The notes under the pieces were generated by a model that was not told where the DNA came from, did no database searches, and saw only the letters and a program-made list of their open reading frames with translations. Positions 1 to 8,295 of a stretch of 64,000 nucleotides of DNA are shown here, in pieces (the first letter of the stretch is position 1; each line of letters starts with the position of its first letter). The DNA is taken from positions 74,882 to 138,881 of the forward strand of contig CBDAFS010000039.1 in NCBI GenBank assembly GCA_965195285.1. The letters run 5' to 3'. The DNA comes from an uncultured Aminicenantes bacterium. Its GTDB lineage: Bacteria > Acidobacteriota > Aminicenantia > UBA2199. A program made the position numbers and the translations under genes.

Positions 1-17
1 AGAACCAATTGTGCCAT
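1..17 (-). CDS. 5' start of a gene running off the left edge (MAQLV...)
   Basis: ATG at 17-15 preceded by a GGAGG Shine-Dalgarno (29-25), just downstream of the stop of the 45..839 gene. Confidence 0.45.
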
Positions 18-44
18 TCAAATTCCTCCATATCCATATTAATA

Positions 45-839
45 CTAATATTGAATATACTGCAATTTCTCAAATGTTTCAATTTGAGTTGAATAACTCC
101 CTGCTTTCGTTTTTCCTGCAGTAATCACTAATTTTACTTTATTCTTTAATTCAAAATCCTTCTTAAGATCAATTGTTGAAATTGCTAATATATCATCTGC
201 TAAAGCAAAATCTCTAATTTCAATATTATTATTGAGTACATCTTTTCTATTACAAACTTTTAAAGTTATATTAGCTTCTTTGGAATTTTGCCCGAGCAGA
301 CTTTTCTCTAACTTTTTGTATGTAATTGTCTCATTAGTAGGTATTATATATCGTGTTTTTTTGATATCTTTTACTTTTAAGAGATTATTATATTCTTTTA
401 GATGTTCGTTATATTTATACCAATCACTTAGATGAATTGTATAGGTGGTTTCCCATTTTTTTTCTGCGAAATATAATCCACTAATCAAAAATTTTATATA
501 CTCCTCACATGTTACATTAAAAGGAATTTCAATTTCATTTCCTTTTAAAGCTGAATTCAGTATTGTGAATATTATAATTTTTGACTTTGTTAATGCACTT
601 ATATTACATTCTTTTAATACTTTGAGTAGATTGGGGCAGATATTTTTATATTCCAAAATAAATGAAGTAGTGAAGTAAGAAACAATAGCTATACTTATGA
701 GGCCAAGATAATAATATAAAAGTTTTGAGATAGAGCTATCATCAGGTGTGTTTATAATTACATCAAAAATAAATGTTATAAGTAATGAAAAAAATATCGA
801 AAATAGAATATTTGAAGTATTTTTTAATTTATCTTTCAT
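45..839 (-). CDS. hypothetical membrane protein (2 N-terminal TM helices plus soluble C-terminal domain)
   Basis: 264-aa ORF with two hydrophobic segments near the N-terminus; 17 bp downstream of the binding-protein gene. Confidence 0.7.
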   Translation of the reverse strand: MKDKLKNTSNILFSIFFSLLITFIFDVIINTPDDSSISKLLYYYLGLISIAIVSYFTTSFILEYKNICPNLLKVLKECNISALTKSKIIIFTILNSALKGNEIEIPFNVTCEEYIKFLISGLYFAEKKWETTYTIHLSDWYKYNEHLKEYNNLLKVKDIKKTRYIIPTNETITYKKLEKSLLGQNSKEANITLKVCNRKDVLNNNIEIRDFALADDILAISTIDLKKDFELKNKVKLVITAGKTKAGSYSTQIETFEKLQYIQY

Positions 840-856
840 AATTATTATTGGTTATA

Positions 857-1981
857 TTATTCATATATTTGAAACTTCCCACCCCTTACAATTTTGATTA
901 CAGCTTGTTGAATCACATCACCATTTTTATCAAATGTTGTATCACCAACAATTCCTGGATAATGCTTTACTGTATATATATAATTTTTAATACTTTCCGC
1001 AGTTAATTCAGCATTTGATTCTAATATCGCCAATGATATAATCTTAATAGCATCATAACTCAAGGCAGCAAAAATATCTGGTTCCACATTATATTTATCT
1101 ACATATTTTTTTACAAATTTTTTGATATTATGGGCATTACTTTTTGGATCATAAGTTCGAGCTGAATATATAACACCTTCGGCAGAATCACCTGCAATCT
1201 TAAGAATCTCAGGATCCTCAAACATCACAGTGCTTAAAAACTGTTTGTTAATGTCAAGCTCTCTTGATTGTCTAAGTAATTGCGCTAGTTCTTTATAGCC
1301 GATAATATAGATTGCATCTGGATTATACTTTTTTATTTTAGATAATTGTAAACGAAAATCTGTAGTTCCTTGATCAAAAGTTTCTGAAATCAAGATTTCT
1401 CCGCCTAATTTTATATAATTTGTGGTAAATACATCTTTTATTCCTAAGCCATAGTCATTATTTACATAAAGAATAGCAACTTTTTCCAATTTCATTTTTC
1501 TAATTGAAAATTCAGCCATAATATTCCCTTCAAAAATATCAGATGCACAATTTCGAAAAATATAATCACCAGCATTAGTTATTTCAGGTGCAGAAGATGT
1601 TGGAGAAAGTAATACAACTTTGTTTTTATTCAAAATTGGCGATACTGCCAAAGTCACACTACTGAACAAACCACCAATTATAACTGGTACATTATGTGTT
1701 GATATCAACATTTGAACTGCTAAAACACCTGTTTTTGGATCACCTTTTGAATCTTCAAAAATTACTTCGATTTTTTTCTTAGTACTTTTTTTTTCATTTA
1801 TTTCATCAATAGCAAGATTAATAGCATTTTTTGCTGTTTCCCCATATTTAGCACCATCTCCAGTTAAAGGCATAATAGCGCCAATCTTTATTACAGTTTC
1901 CTCTTTTATTGGTTTACAACTTTGAGCACAAATAATCAACAATACTAAACAGACTGCTAATGAATAATTTTTTTTACTCAT
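857..1981 (-). CDS. LivK/LivJ-like ABC substrate-binding lipoprotein
   Basis: Lipobox-like AQSC, IKIGAIMPLTG, EDSKGDP, YIFRN, NNDYG, TDFRLQL and TFDKNGD motifs; GGAGG RBS. Confidence 0.88.
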   Translation of the reverse strand: MSKKNYSLAVCLVLLIICAQSCKPIKEETVIKIGAIMPLTGDGAKYGETAKNAINLAIDEINEKKSTKKKIEVIFEDSKGDPKTGVLAVQMLISTHNVPVIIGGLFSSVTLAVSPILNKNKVVLLSPTSSAPEITNAGDYIFRNCASDIFEGNIMAEFSIRKMKLEKVAILYVNNDYGLGIKDVFTTNYIKLGGEILISETFDQGTTDFRLQLSKIKKYNPDAIYIIGYKELAQLLRQSRELDINKQFLSTVMFEDPEILKIAGDSAEGVIYSARTYDPKSNAHNIKKFVKKYVDKYNVEPDIFAALSYDAIKIISLAILESNAELTAESIKNYIYTVKHYPGIVGDTTFDKNGDVIQQAVIKIVRGGKFQIYE

Positions 1982-2132
1982 AAAAACCTCCCAACAACCT
2001 TAATTATAAAATTAATTAAATCAAATTCAAAAAAAAAAGTCAAATTGAAAAAAGTATTTTCATAAATTAATATACATAAACATTTAAATAAGAAGAATTG
2101 AATAAATTCGATTTAAAATCCCAATTCAAATA

Positions 2133-2161
2133 TTGACAAAAAAAAAGAATTTATTAATAAT
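2133..2161 (+). promoter_or_regulatory. putative sigma70 promoter of the methyltransferase operon
   Basis: TTGACA at 2133-2138, 17-nt spacer containing an A run, then AATAAT. Confidence 0.45.
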
Positions 2162-2221
2162 ACAAATGGGATACAGAATTTATTTCTTATAGTTAAAATT
2201 AGTTTTTTCAAAATAAAACAA

Positions 2222-3454
2222 ATGTATTACATAGAACTATTTTCAGGTGCCGGTGGATTATCCGAAGGTTTCATAAAAGCAGGGTTTAAACCAATAGCCC
2301 ATATTGAGATGGATAAAAATTCATGTTGTACATTAAAAACCAGACATGCTTATCACTATTTAAAAAAAAAGAGGAAACTGGATATATATCAATCCTATTT
2401 AAAAAAAGAAATATCACGCGAAGATTTGTATTCAACAATCCCTGATGATTTAATTGAATCAATTATAGAGACAGAAATTACAGAAAATAATCTAAAACTT
2501 ATTTTCAATAAAATAAAATATTTTCAAAAAAGTAAAAGTATATCAGATATTGATTTAATTATTGGGGGCCCTCCCTGTCAGGCATATTCAACCATTGGAA
2601 GAGCAGCAACAAAAAACAAAAAGTCTTTTGACCTTAGAAATTATTTGTATCAACTATACGGTCGTTTTTTATTGGAATTCAAACCAAAATTATTCTTATT
2701 TGAAAATGTACCGGGTATAAAAACAGCAGGAAATGGTCAGTATTATTGTAGTTTGAAGGACGAATTCAGAAATTTTGGATATGAAATTGAAGATAGAATG
2801 CAAAATGCTGCAGATTATGGCGTCATACAGAGAAGAGAAAGAGTTATCATAATTGGCTGGCGGAAGGATATACAGTTTAGATATCCTGAATTTGAGAATA
2901 TTGAGAATAAATGGACGGTTAAGGATATATTATTCGATTTACCTGAATTGAAAGCTGGAGAATCAATTAATATTGGAAAGTATATAAGTAAACCATCTGA
3001 ATATATAAAAATGTTCAATATCCGTAATGGAAGTGATATTTTGACCCAACATATAGCTAGACCTCATAATAAAAAAGATTTAAGAATTTATAAACTGGCA
3101 ATTGAAAAGTGGAACAAAAACCATAAGAGAATAATGAATTTCGAAATTCCAGACAAAATTAGAACCCAGAAAAACATTTCATCATTCCTTGATCGATTTA
3201 AAGTTGTATCAAAAGATGATTTATCACATACATTAATAGCTCATATAGCAAAAGATGGACATCATTATATTCATCCGGATATTGAACAGTTAAGATCTAT
3301 TAGTATTAGGGAAGCAGCAAGGATCCAATCTTTCGAAGATAATTACTATTTTGAAGGCCCAAGAACTTCTATTTTTAATCAAATTGGAAATGCAGTCCCT
3401 CCACTCTTGTCCTATGCTATTGCTTCAAAAATAAGGGATATTATAAATGTCTAA
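2222..3454 (+). CDS. dcm: DNA (cytosine-5)-methyltransferase
   Basis: Motif I ELFSGAGG, catalytic motif IV GGPPCQ, motif VI ENV, motif VIII QRRER, motifs IX-X REAARIQSF...QIGNAVPP. Confidence 0.96.
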   Translation: MYYIELFSGAGGLSEGFIKAGFKPIAHIEMDKNSCCTLKTRHAYHYLKKKRKLDIYQSYLKKEISREDLYSTIPDDLIESIIETEITENNLKLIFNKIKYFQKSKSISDIDLIIGGPPCQAYSTIGRAATKNKKSFDLRNYLYQLYGRFLLEFKPKLFLFENVPGIKTAGNGQYYCSLKDEFRNFGYEIEDRMQNAADYGVIQRRERVIIIGWRKDIQFRYPEFENIENKWTVKDILFDLPELKAGESINIGKYISKPSEYIKMFNIRNGSDILTQHIARPHNKKDLRIYKLAIEKWNKNHKRIMNFEIPDKIRTQKNISSFLDRFKVVSKDDLSHTLIAHIAKDGHHYIHPDIEQLRSISIREAARIQSFEDNYYFEGPRTSIFNQIGNAVPPLLSYAIASKIRDIINV

Positions 3455-5543
3455 AGAGCTAGCTTTTAAGCCCAAGGCAAGATTATTGTTACAATTAGGT
3501 GAACAACTAATCCGTAATGAAAGCATAGCACTTATGGAAATTATCAAAAATTCATATGATGCTGATGCCTCTAAAGTATCAATATCCATGAAAAATGTTG
3601 ATGACACAAAAAAAGGTGAAATAATCATTGAAGATAATGGTATCGGAATGGATGAAAGAATTATAGAAGATGTATGGATGCAACCAGGAAGTAATTATAA
3701 ATCATCATTATTTGAAAAAAGAGTTAGAACCGTAAAATATAAAAGATTACCAATAGGAGAAAAGGGAATTGGAAGATTTGGGGTACACCGTCTGGGTCAG
3801 GAAATTGAGATAATCAGCAAGAAAGAAGGTAAAAATGAAGTTTATTTAAAAATTAATTGGAGTAAATTTGAGAAAGATGACTTTTTGTCAAATATAAAAG
3901 TAAATTTATTTGAAAGACTACCTCAATATTTTCTTAAGGGAAATACAGGTACTAAAATAATAATTAATAAACTACGAAAATCCTGGAGTCGTATTGAAGT
4001 GAGAGAATTATATAGATCAATAAACACTTTGAATTCCCCTTTTAAATCATATGACTCTTTCGAAGTTGACTTTTCAATTGATAAAAAGAAATGGTTAGAA
4101 GGACTTCTTTCATTTGATGATATAAAAAAATATGCCCTTTATTATTCCATAGCCTCTATTGAAGGAAATGAAATCAAAGATTTCAAGTATGAATTCCGTC
4201 CCTGGGATACAATGGTAAAACTAAATGAAAGGAAAGTTGAAGATAAGCATATCAGGATGGTAAAAAAGATTTATGATGAAGAAAAAAGAAAAAATGTTTA
4301 TGTTGATATTGATCTAAATAAATCTAAAATAGGAAAGATAAGTTTTGAGATTTTAATTTTCGATAGGGAAAGAAGAATATTATCTTTAGGAGTTACCGAT
4401 AGAAAAGGATTTGATGAATACCTAAATGAAAATGGTGGTATAAGGGTTTTCAGGGATGGAATTAGAATATATGATTATGGTGAAAAAAGTAATGATTGGC
4501 TTGACCTTGACATAAAAAGAGTTAATCGACCCGGGGAAACAATTAGTAATAATCTTGTTATGGGTGCAGTCTATCTTGATCGAGAAAGTAGTACTGATTT
4601 AGTTGAAAAAACAAATAGAGAAGGTTTCATTGAAAATAATGCGCTATCTGAATTTATATTGGCTATTGATTTTGCTTTAAACAATATTTTGACATATAGA
4701 AGTATTGATAAAAATAAAGTCAGAACAATATATAGTAATATTGATACAAATGAACCTGTTACTGAAAATTTGCGAGAACTGAAGAACAAAATAGAAAAAA
4801 ATATTGAAAAAGGGGAATTTAAAAAGGAACTATTAAAAACAATAAAAAACATTGATAAAGATTACAAATATATAAAAGAGATTTATGTAAAAAGCGCTAG
4901 TGCTGGTTTAAGTCTTAGTATTGTCATCCACGAAGTTGAAAAAATTTTAGCAGAATTGGTAAAAATAGTAGAAGCAACAGGATCAAGAGAAAGAATAAAA
5001 TTTCTAGTAAACCACCTCGATAAAATTGTTAATGATTATGCAACCATAATTAAACAAAGCAAAAAGGAAAAAAGTAATCTAAAATCTCTCATCGATCAAT
5101 CTCTTTTCAATTTAACCTATAGGATTAAGGCACATAATCTGAACGTAATCAGATCTTACGAAAAATATAAAGAAAATCCAGTTGTTACATGCGCACAAAA
5201 TTTGGTAATAAGCGTAATCATGAATATCATTGATAATTCAATCTTCTGGATAAATTATGCAAATAGACAAGTAAAAAAACTATATATCACATTAACCGAT
5301 GAAATACCGGAACATACTTCAATATTAATTGCAGATAATGGTCCGGGATTTCATATTTCTCCAGAAGACGCAATAAAGCCCTTTATAACGGAAAAACCAG
5401 GAGGTATGGGGCTAGGATTACATCTCGCAGATGAAGTTATGAATGCACAGGGCGGAAAACTATTATTTCCTGAAAAATTTGATTTCAAGCTACCAGTAGA
5501 CCTTCAAAATGGTGCAAAAATTTTACTAGCTTTTAAAAATTAA
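3447..5543 (+). CDS. MORC/Hsp90-like GHKL ATPase fused to a C-terminal histidine kinase
   Basis: N-terminal GHKL motifs EIIKNSYDA, DNGIGM, GEKGIGR, GTKI; C-terminal H-box IVIHEV, N-box NIIDNS, G1 DNGPG, F/G2 PFITEKPGGMGLGL; no TM segment; overlaps dcm by 8 bp. Confidence 0.88.
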   Translation: MSKELAFKPKARLLLQLGEQLIRNESIALMEIIKNSYDADASKVSISMKNVDDTKKGEIIIEDNGIGMDERIIEDVWMQPGSNYKSSLFEKRVRTVKYKRLPIGEKGIGRFGVHRLGQEIEIISKKEGKNEVYLKINWSKFEKDDFLSNIKVNLFERLPQYFLKGNTGTKIIINKLRKSWSRIEVRELYRSINTLNSPFKSYDSFEVDFSIDKKKWLEGLLSFDDIKKYALYYSIASIEGNEIKDFKYEFRPWDTMVKLNERKVEDKHIRMVKKIYDEEKRKNVYVDIDLNKSKIGKISFEILIFDRERRILSLGVTDRKGFDEYLNENGGIRVFRDGIRIYDYGEKSNDWLDLDIKRVNRPGETISNNLVMGAVYLDRESSTDLVEKTNREGFIENNALSEFILAIDFALNNILTYRSIDKNKVRTIYSNIDTNEPVTENLRELKNKIEKNIEKGEFKKELLKTIKNIDKDYKYIKEIYVKSASAGLSLSIVIHEVEKILAELVKIVEATGSRERIKFLVNHLDKIVNDYATIIKQSKKEKSNLKSLIDQSLFNLTYRIKAHNLNVIRSYEKYKENPVVTCAQNLVISVIMNIIDNSIFWINYANRQVKKLYITLTDEIPEHTSILIADNGPGFHISPEDAIKPFITEKPGGMGLGLHLADEVMNAQGGKLLFPEKFDFKLPVDLQNGAKILLAFKN

Positions 5544-5561
5544 ATAGGGGGTACAATATTG

Positions 5562-6890
5562 ATGTATCATATTGATATACCTAAGAATGGATCCGTAGTA
5601 ATTATAGATGATAAAATCAAAGAAGTTATACCTTTATTTAATATACTTTCAAAAGCTGGAATTTCCTTTACTTATTATTCAGGTACTGATCTTGAAGAAT
5701 TACCTGAAAAACCTATCCAAACGATAAGGGCAGTTTTTCTTGATATTCAATTAATACCTGCTTTAAATGCTCATAGCTATTCACAAATGGCTCTAAATTT
5801 GCTTGAAAAAATTATTCCAGACGATAATGGTCCTTATATTCTGTTAATCTGGAGTACAAATCAAAGGCAATATGCAGAAACACTTGAAGCACAGATTATA
5901 GGCCCTAATTATTCAAGAAGACCAGCAATAATAATACATTTAGATAAAATAGATTATTTTAAACAAGAAATACTACAAAAAAATAGTAACACACAAGAAG
6001 TGAAATTTATCCCTAAATCTGATGCATTTAAATCTATCACAAAAAAAATAAATTCTGAATTAGAAAAGGTTAAGGTTTTCCACCTTTTCACCTTATGGTC
6101 CGATATAATAAATAATTCTGCAAATGAACATGTAAACAATTTTCTAACTCTATTTCCTTATGATAATCAATGGCAAAATAATCTGAAGAAAACAATATTT
6201 AAATTAGCAAAAGCTGTTGCGGGTGATACAATTAATAATATAGAAGATGATGAAAAAATCAAATACGCTTTTTTTTCTTTAAATAGAACATTAATAGATA
6301 CAATCGAAAAAAATACTAATCTTAATTTCAAAATCAGCTTAAAAAACATTAAAAATGGAGTAATTAATCAGTCGATTATAGCAGATATAAATTCAAAATT
6401 ACATCTAATGCTAATAAATAGTGATTGGAAAATTAAAACTGGTAACCTTTATATTATTCCTCAAAACCACACAAGAATATATTCAGAACATTTGGATCTA
6501 ATTATTTCTGAAAGAAATTTCAAAGCAACAAGATGTGAAGAAATAAAACTTAATAGACCAAAACTATTTAGACTGGATATAACTCCAGTTTGTGACTATG
6601 CACAGGATAAAGGATATGTGAGATTTCTATATGGTTTTATTATTGATTCAAGATTTGAGGATGAGGTTAAAAAGAAAAATTTTAATAATTATGTTAGTCC
6701 ATTATTATACATTAATAACAAAATTGTGTTTCTATTCATTGATTTTAGATTTTCAAACTCTGTCCAAAATGAAAAAAAATTCAATATAAAACTAAAACCA
6801 AATTTTGTTGTAAAAAAGGAGATCATTACAGATATGCAAACACACTTTTCACATTATATAAATAGACCTGGGATTATCAAAGTAGAGTGA
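5562..6890 (+). CDS. response-receiver domain protein with uncharacterised C-terminal domain
   Basis: Receiver residues VVIIDD, FLDIQL, IWST, LDK; C-terminal TGNLY...ITPVCDYAQDK; AGGGG RBS before ATG 5562. Confidence 0.78.
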   Translation: MYHIDIPKNGSVVIIDDKIKEVIPLFNILSKAGISFTYYSGTDLEELPEKPIQTIRAVFLDIQLIPALNAHSYSQMALNLLEKIIPDDNGPYILLIWSTNQRQYAETLEAQIIGPNYSRRPAIIIHLDKIDYFKQEILQKNSNTQEVKFIPKSDAFKSITKKINSELEKVKVFHLFTLWSDIINNSANEHVNNFLTLFPYDNQWQNNLKKTIFKLAKAVAGDTINNIEDDEKIKYAFFSLNRTLIDTIEKNTNLNFKISLKNIKNGVINQSIIADINSKLHLMLINSDWKIKTGNLYIIPQNHTRIYSEHLDLIISERNFKATRCEEIKLNRPKLFRLDITPVCDYAQDKGYVRFLYGFIIDSRFEDEVKKKNFNNYVSPLLYINNKIVFLFIDFRFSNSVQNEKKFNIKLKPNFVVKKEIITDMQTHFSHYINRPGIIKVE

Positions 6891-7660
6891 AAAAGAAAAG
6901 TCCTGGTTGGTCTTATAATGAACTTTTGGTCGCCTTTAATTTGTACTGTAAAATTCCTTTTTCGAAAATAAATTATAGAAAAAAAGAAATAGTTAAGCTC
7001 GCAAAATTGATTAATAGGACCCCATCAGCAGTTGCATTAAAACTTGCTAATTTTTCAAGGTTTGATCCAGAACTAAAATCCCGTCAAATTTCAGGTATGA
7101 CGCATGGAAGTAAAGAAGAAGAAATAATATGGAATGAATTCAATGAAAACCAGGAAAGATTTGTTTATGGGAGTGAGAAAATACTTGCTCATTATAAAGA
7201 TCAAACACTTGAAAAATCTTTTGACCTGGATATTGAATTGCTTGTAAAAGATGGAAAAGAACGTGAGGCAATTGTAAAAATGAGAGTGAATCAGAGTTTC
7301 TTCAGGAAAATGATTCTGGCGTCATATAACAATATGTGCTGTATAACCGGAATTTCTATATCCGATTTACTGGTGGCCAGTCATATAATTCCATGGTCTA
7401 TTGATATAAAAAATAGAATGAATCCAAAAAATGGCATTTGTTTAAATGTTTTACATGATAAAGCTTTTGATAAGGGGCTGATAACCATTACTCCGGATTA
7501 TAAAATAATGATATCACCTCAATTAAAAAATAATAGGAACAAGTTTTCAGAATTATTTTTCTTAAAATATGAAGAATCTAAAATAATTCTACCACAGCGA
7601 TTCTTTCCGGATATTGAATTTTTAAAATATCATAACAAACACATCTTTCAAAAAAATTGA
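6887..7660 (+). CDS. HNH endonuclease (putative restriction enzyme) with N-terminal helical domain
   Basis: RVNQSFFR...CCITG...ASHIIPW...NPKNGICLNVLHDKAFDKG HNH signature; 4-bp overlap with upstream gene. Confidence 0.88.
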   Translation: MKKKSPGWSYNELLVAFNLYCKIPFSKINYRKKEIVKLAKLINRTPSAVALKLANFSRFDPELKSRQISGMTHGSKEEEIIWNEFNENQERFVYGSEKILAHYKDQTLEKSFDLDIELLVKDGKEREAIVKMRVNQSFFRKMILASYNNMCCITGISISDLLVASHIIPWSIDIKNRMNPKNGICLNVLHDKAFDKGLITITPDYKIMISPQLKNNRNKFSELFFLKYEESKIILPQRFFPDIEFLKYHNKHIFQKN

Positions 7661-8295
7661 ATAAGCAACTAAAAAAATCAAGAAGAATCTTAATAAAAAA
7701 TTGGGATAAATATAAAAGAGATTTCATCTGGAGATACTTTAAAGATCCTTATAAAATAATGATTGCTGAATTTATGCTCCAGAGGACAAAAGCCCCTCAG
7801 GTAGAACCGGTATATAAAAACTTTCTGGAAAAGTATCCTGATGTTTTCATTCTTTCTAGAGCAAAACATAAATCAATTTCAAAATTTACTACAAATCTAG
7901 GATTACATGGGAGAAGCCGGAACTTTATTGAAGCTTCGAAATTTATAATAAAAAAATATACTGGTAATTTCCCATCTACCAGAAAAGAATTGTTAAAAAT
8001 TCCGGGTATCGGTGATTATGTTGCTGGAACTATTCTTACAATATGCTTTAATAAACAGGAATATGTTATAGATAGTAATATTGCCAGATTCATTAATCGT
8101 TTTTGGGGCTTAAATTTATCAGGAGAAATAAGAAGAAAAAAAATAATAATCTCACTTGCAACAGAATTGTTTAAATATAAAAATACAAGAGATTTATTAT
8201 TCTGCTTATTGGATTTTTCAGCCTTAATATGTAAACCCCGAAATCCAGTATGCGAAACTTGTGTTTTGAGAAAACCTTGTTTCTTCTATCAATGA
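7657..8295 (+). CDS. HhH-GPD DNA glycosylase, short MutY/Mig (G:T mismatch) type with 4Fe-4S loop
   Basis: WR...DPY...EFMLQRT, HhH LKIPGIGDY, catalytic IDSN, C-x6-C-x2-C-x5-C; no MutY C-terminal 8-oxoG domain; 4-bp overlap with HNH gene. Confidence 0.85.
   Translation: MNKQLKKSRRILIKNWDKYKRDFIWRYFKDPYKIMIAEFMLQRTKAPQVEPVYKNFLEKYPDVFILSRAKHKSISKFTTNLGLHGRSRNFIEASKFIIKKYTGNFPSTRKELLKIPGIGDYVAGTILTICFNKQEYVIDSNIARFINRFWGLNLSGEIRRKKIIISLATELFKYKNTRDLLFCLLDFSALICKPRNPVCETCVLRKPCFFYQ

Noticed and set aside
7657-8295. Calling the glycosylase housekeeping mutY
   Set aside because: Lacks the C-terminal 8-oxoG recognition domain and is translationally coupled to a C5-methylase operon
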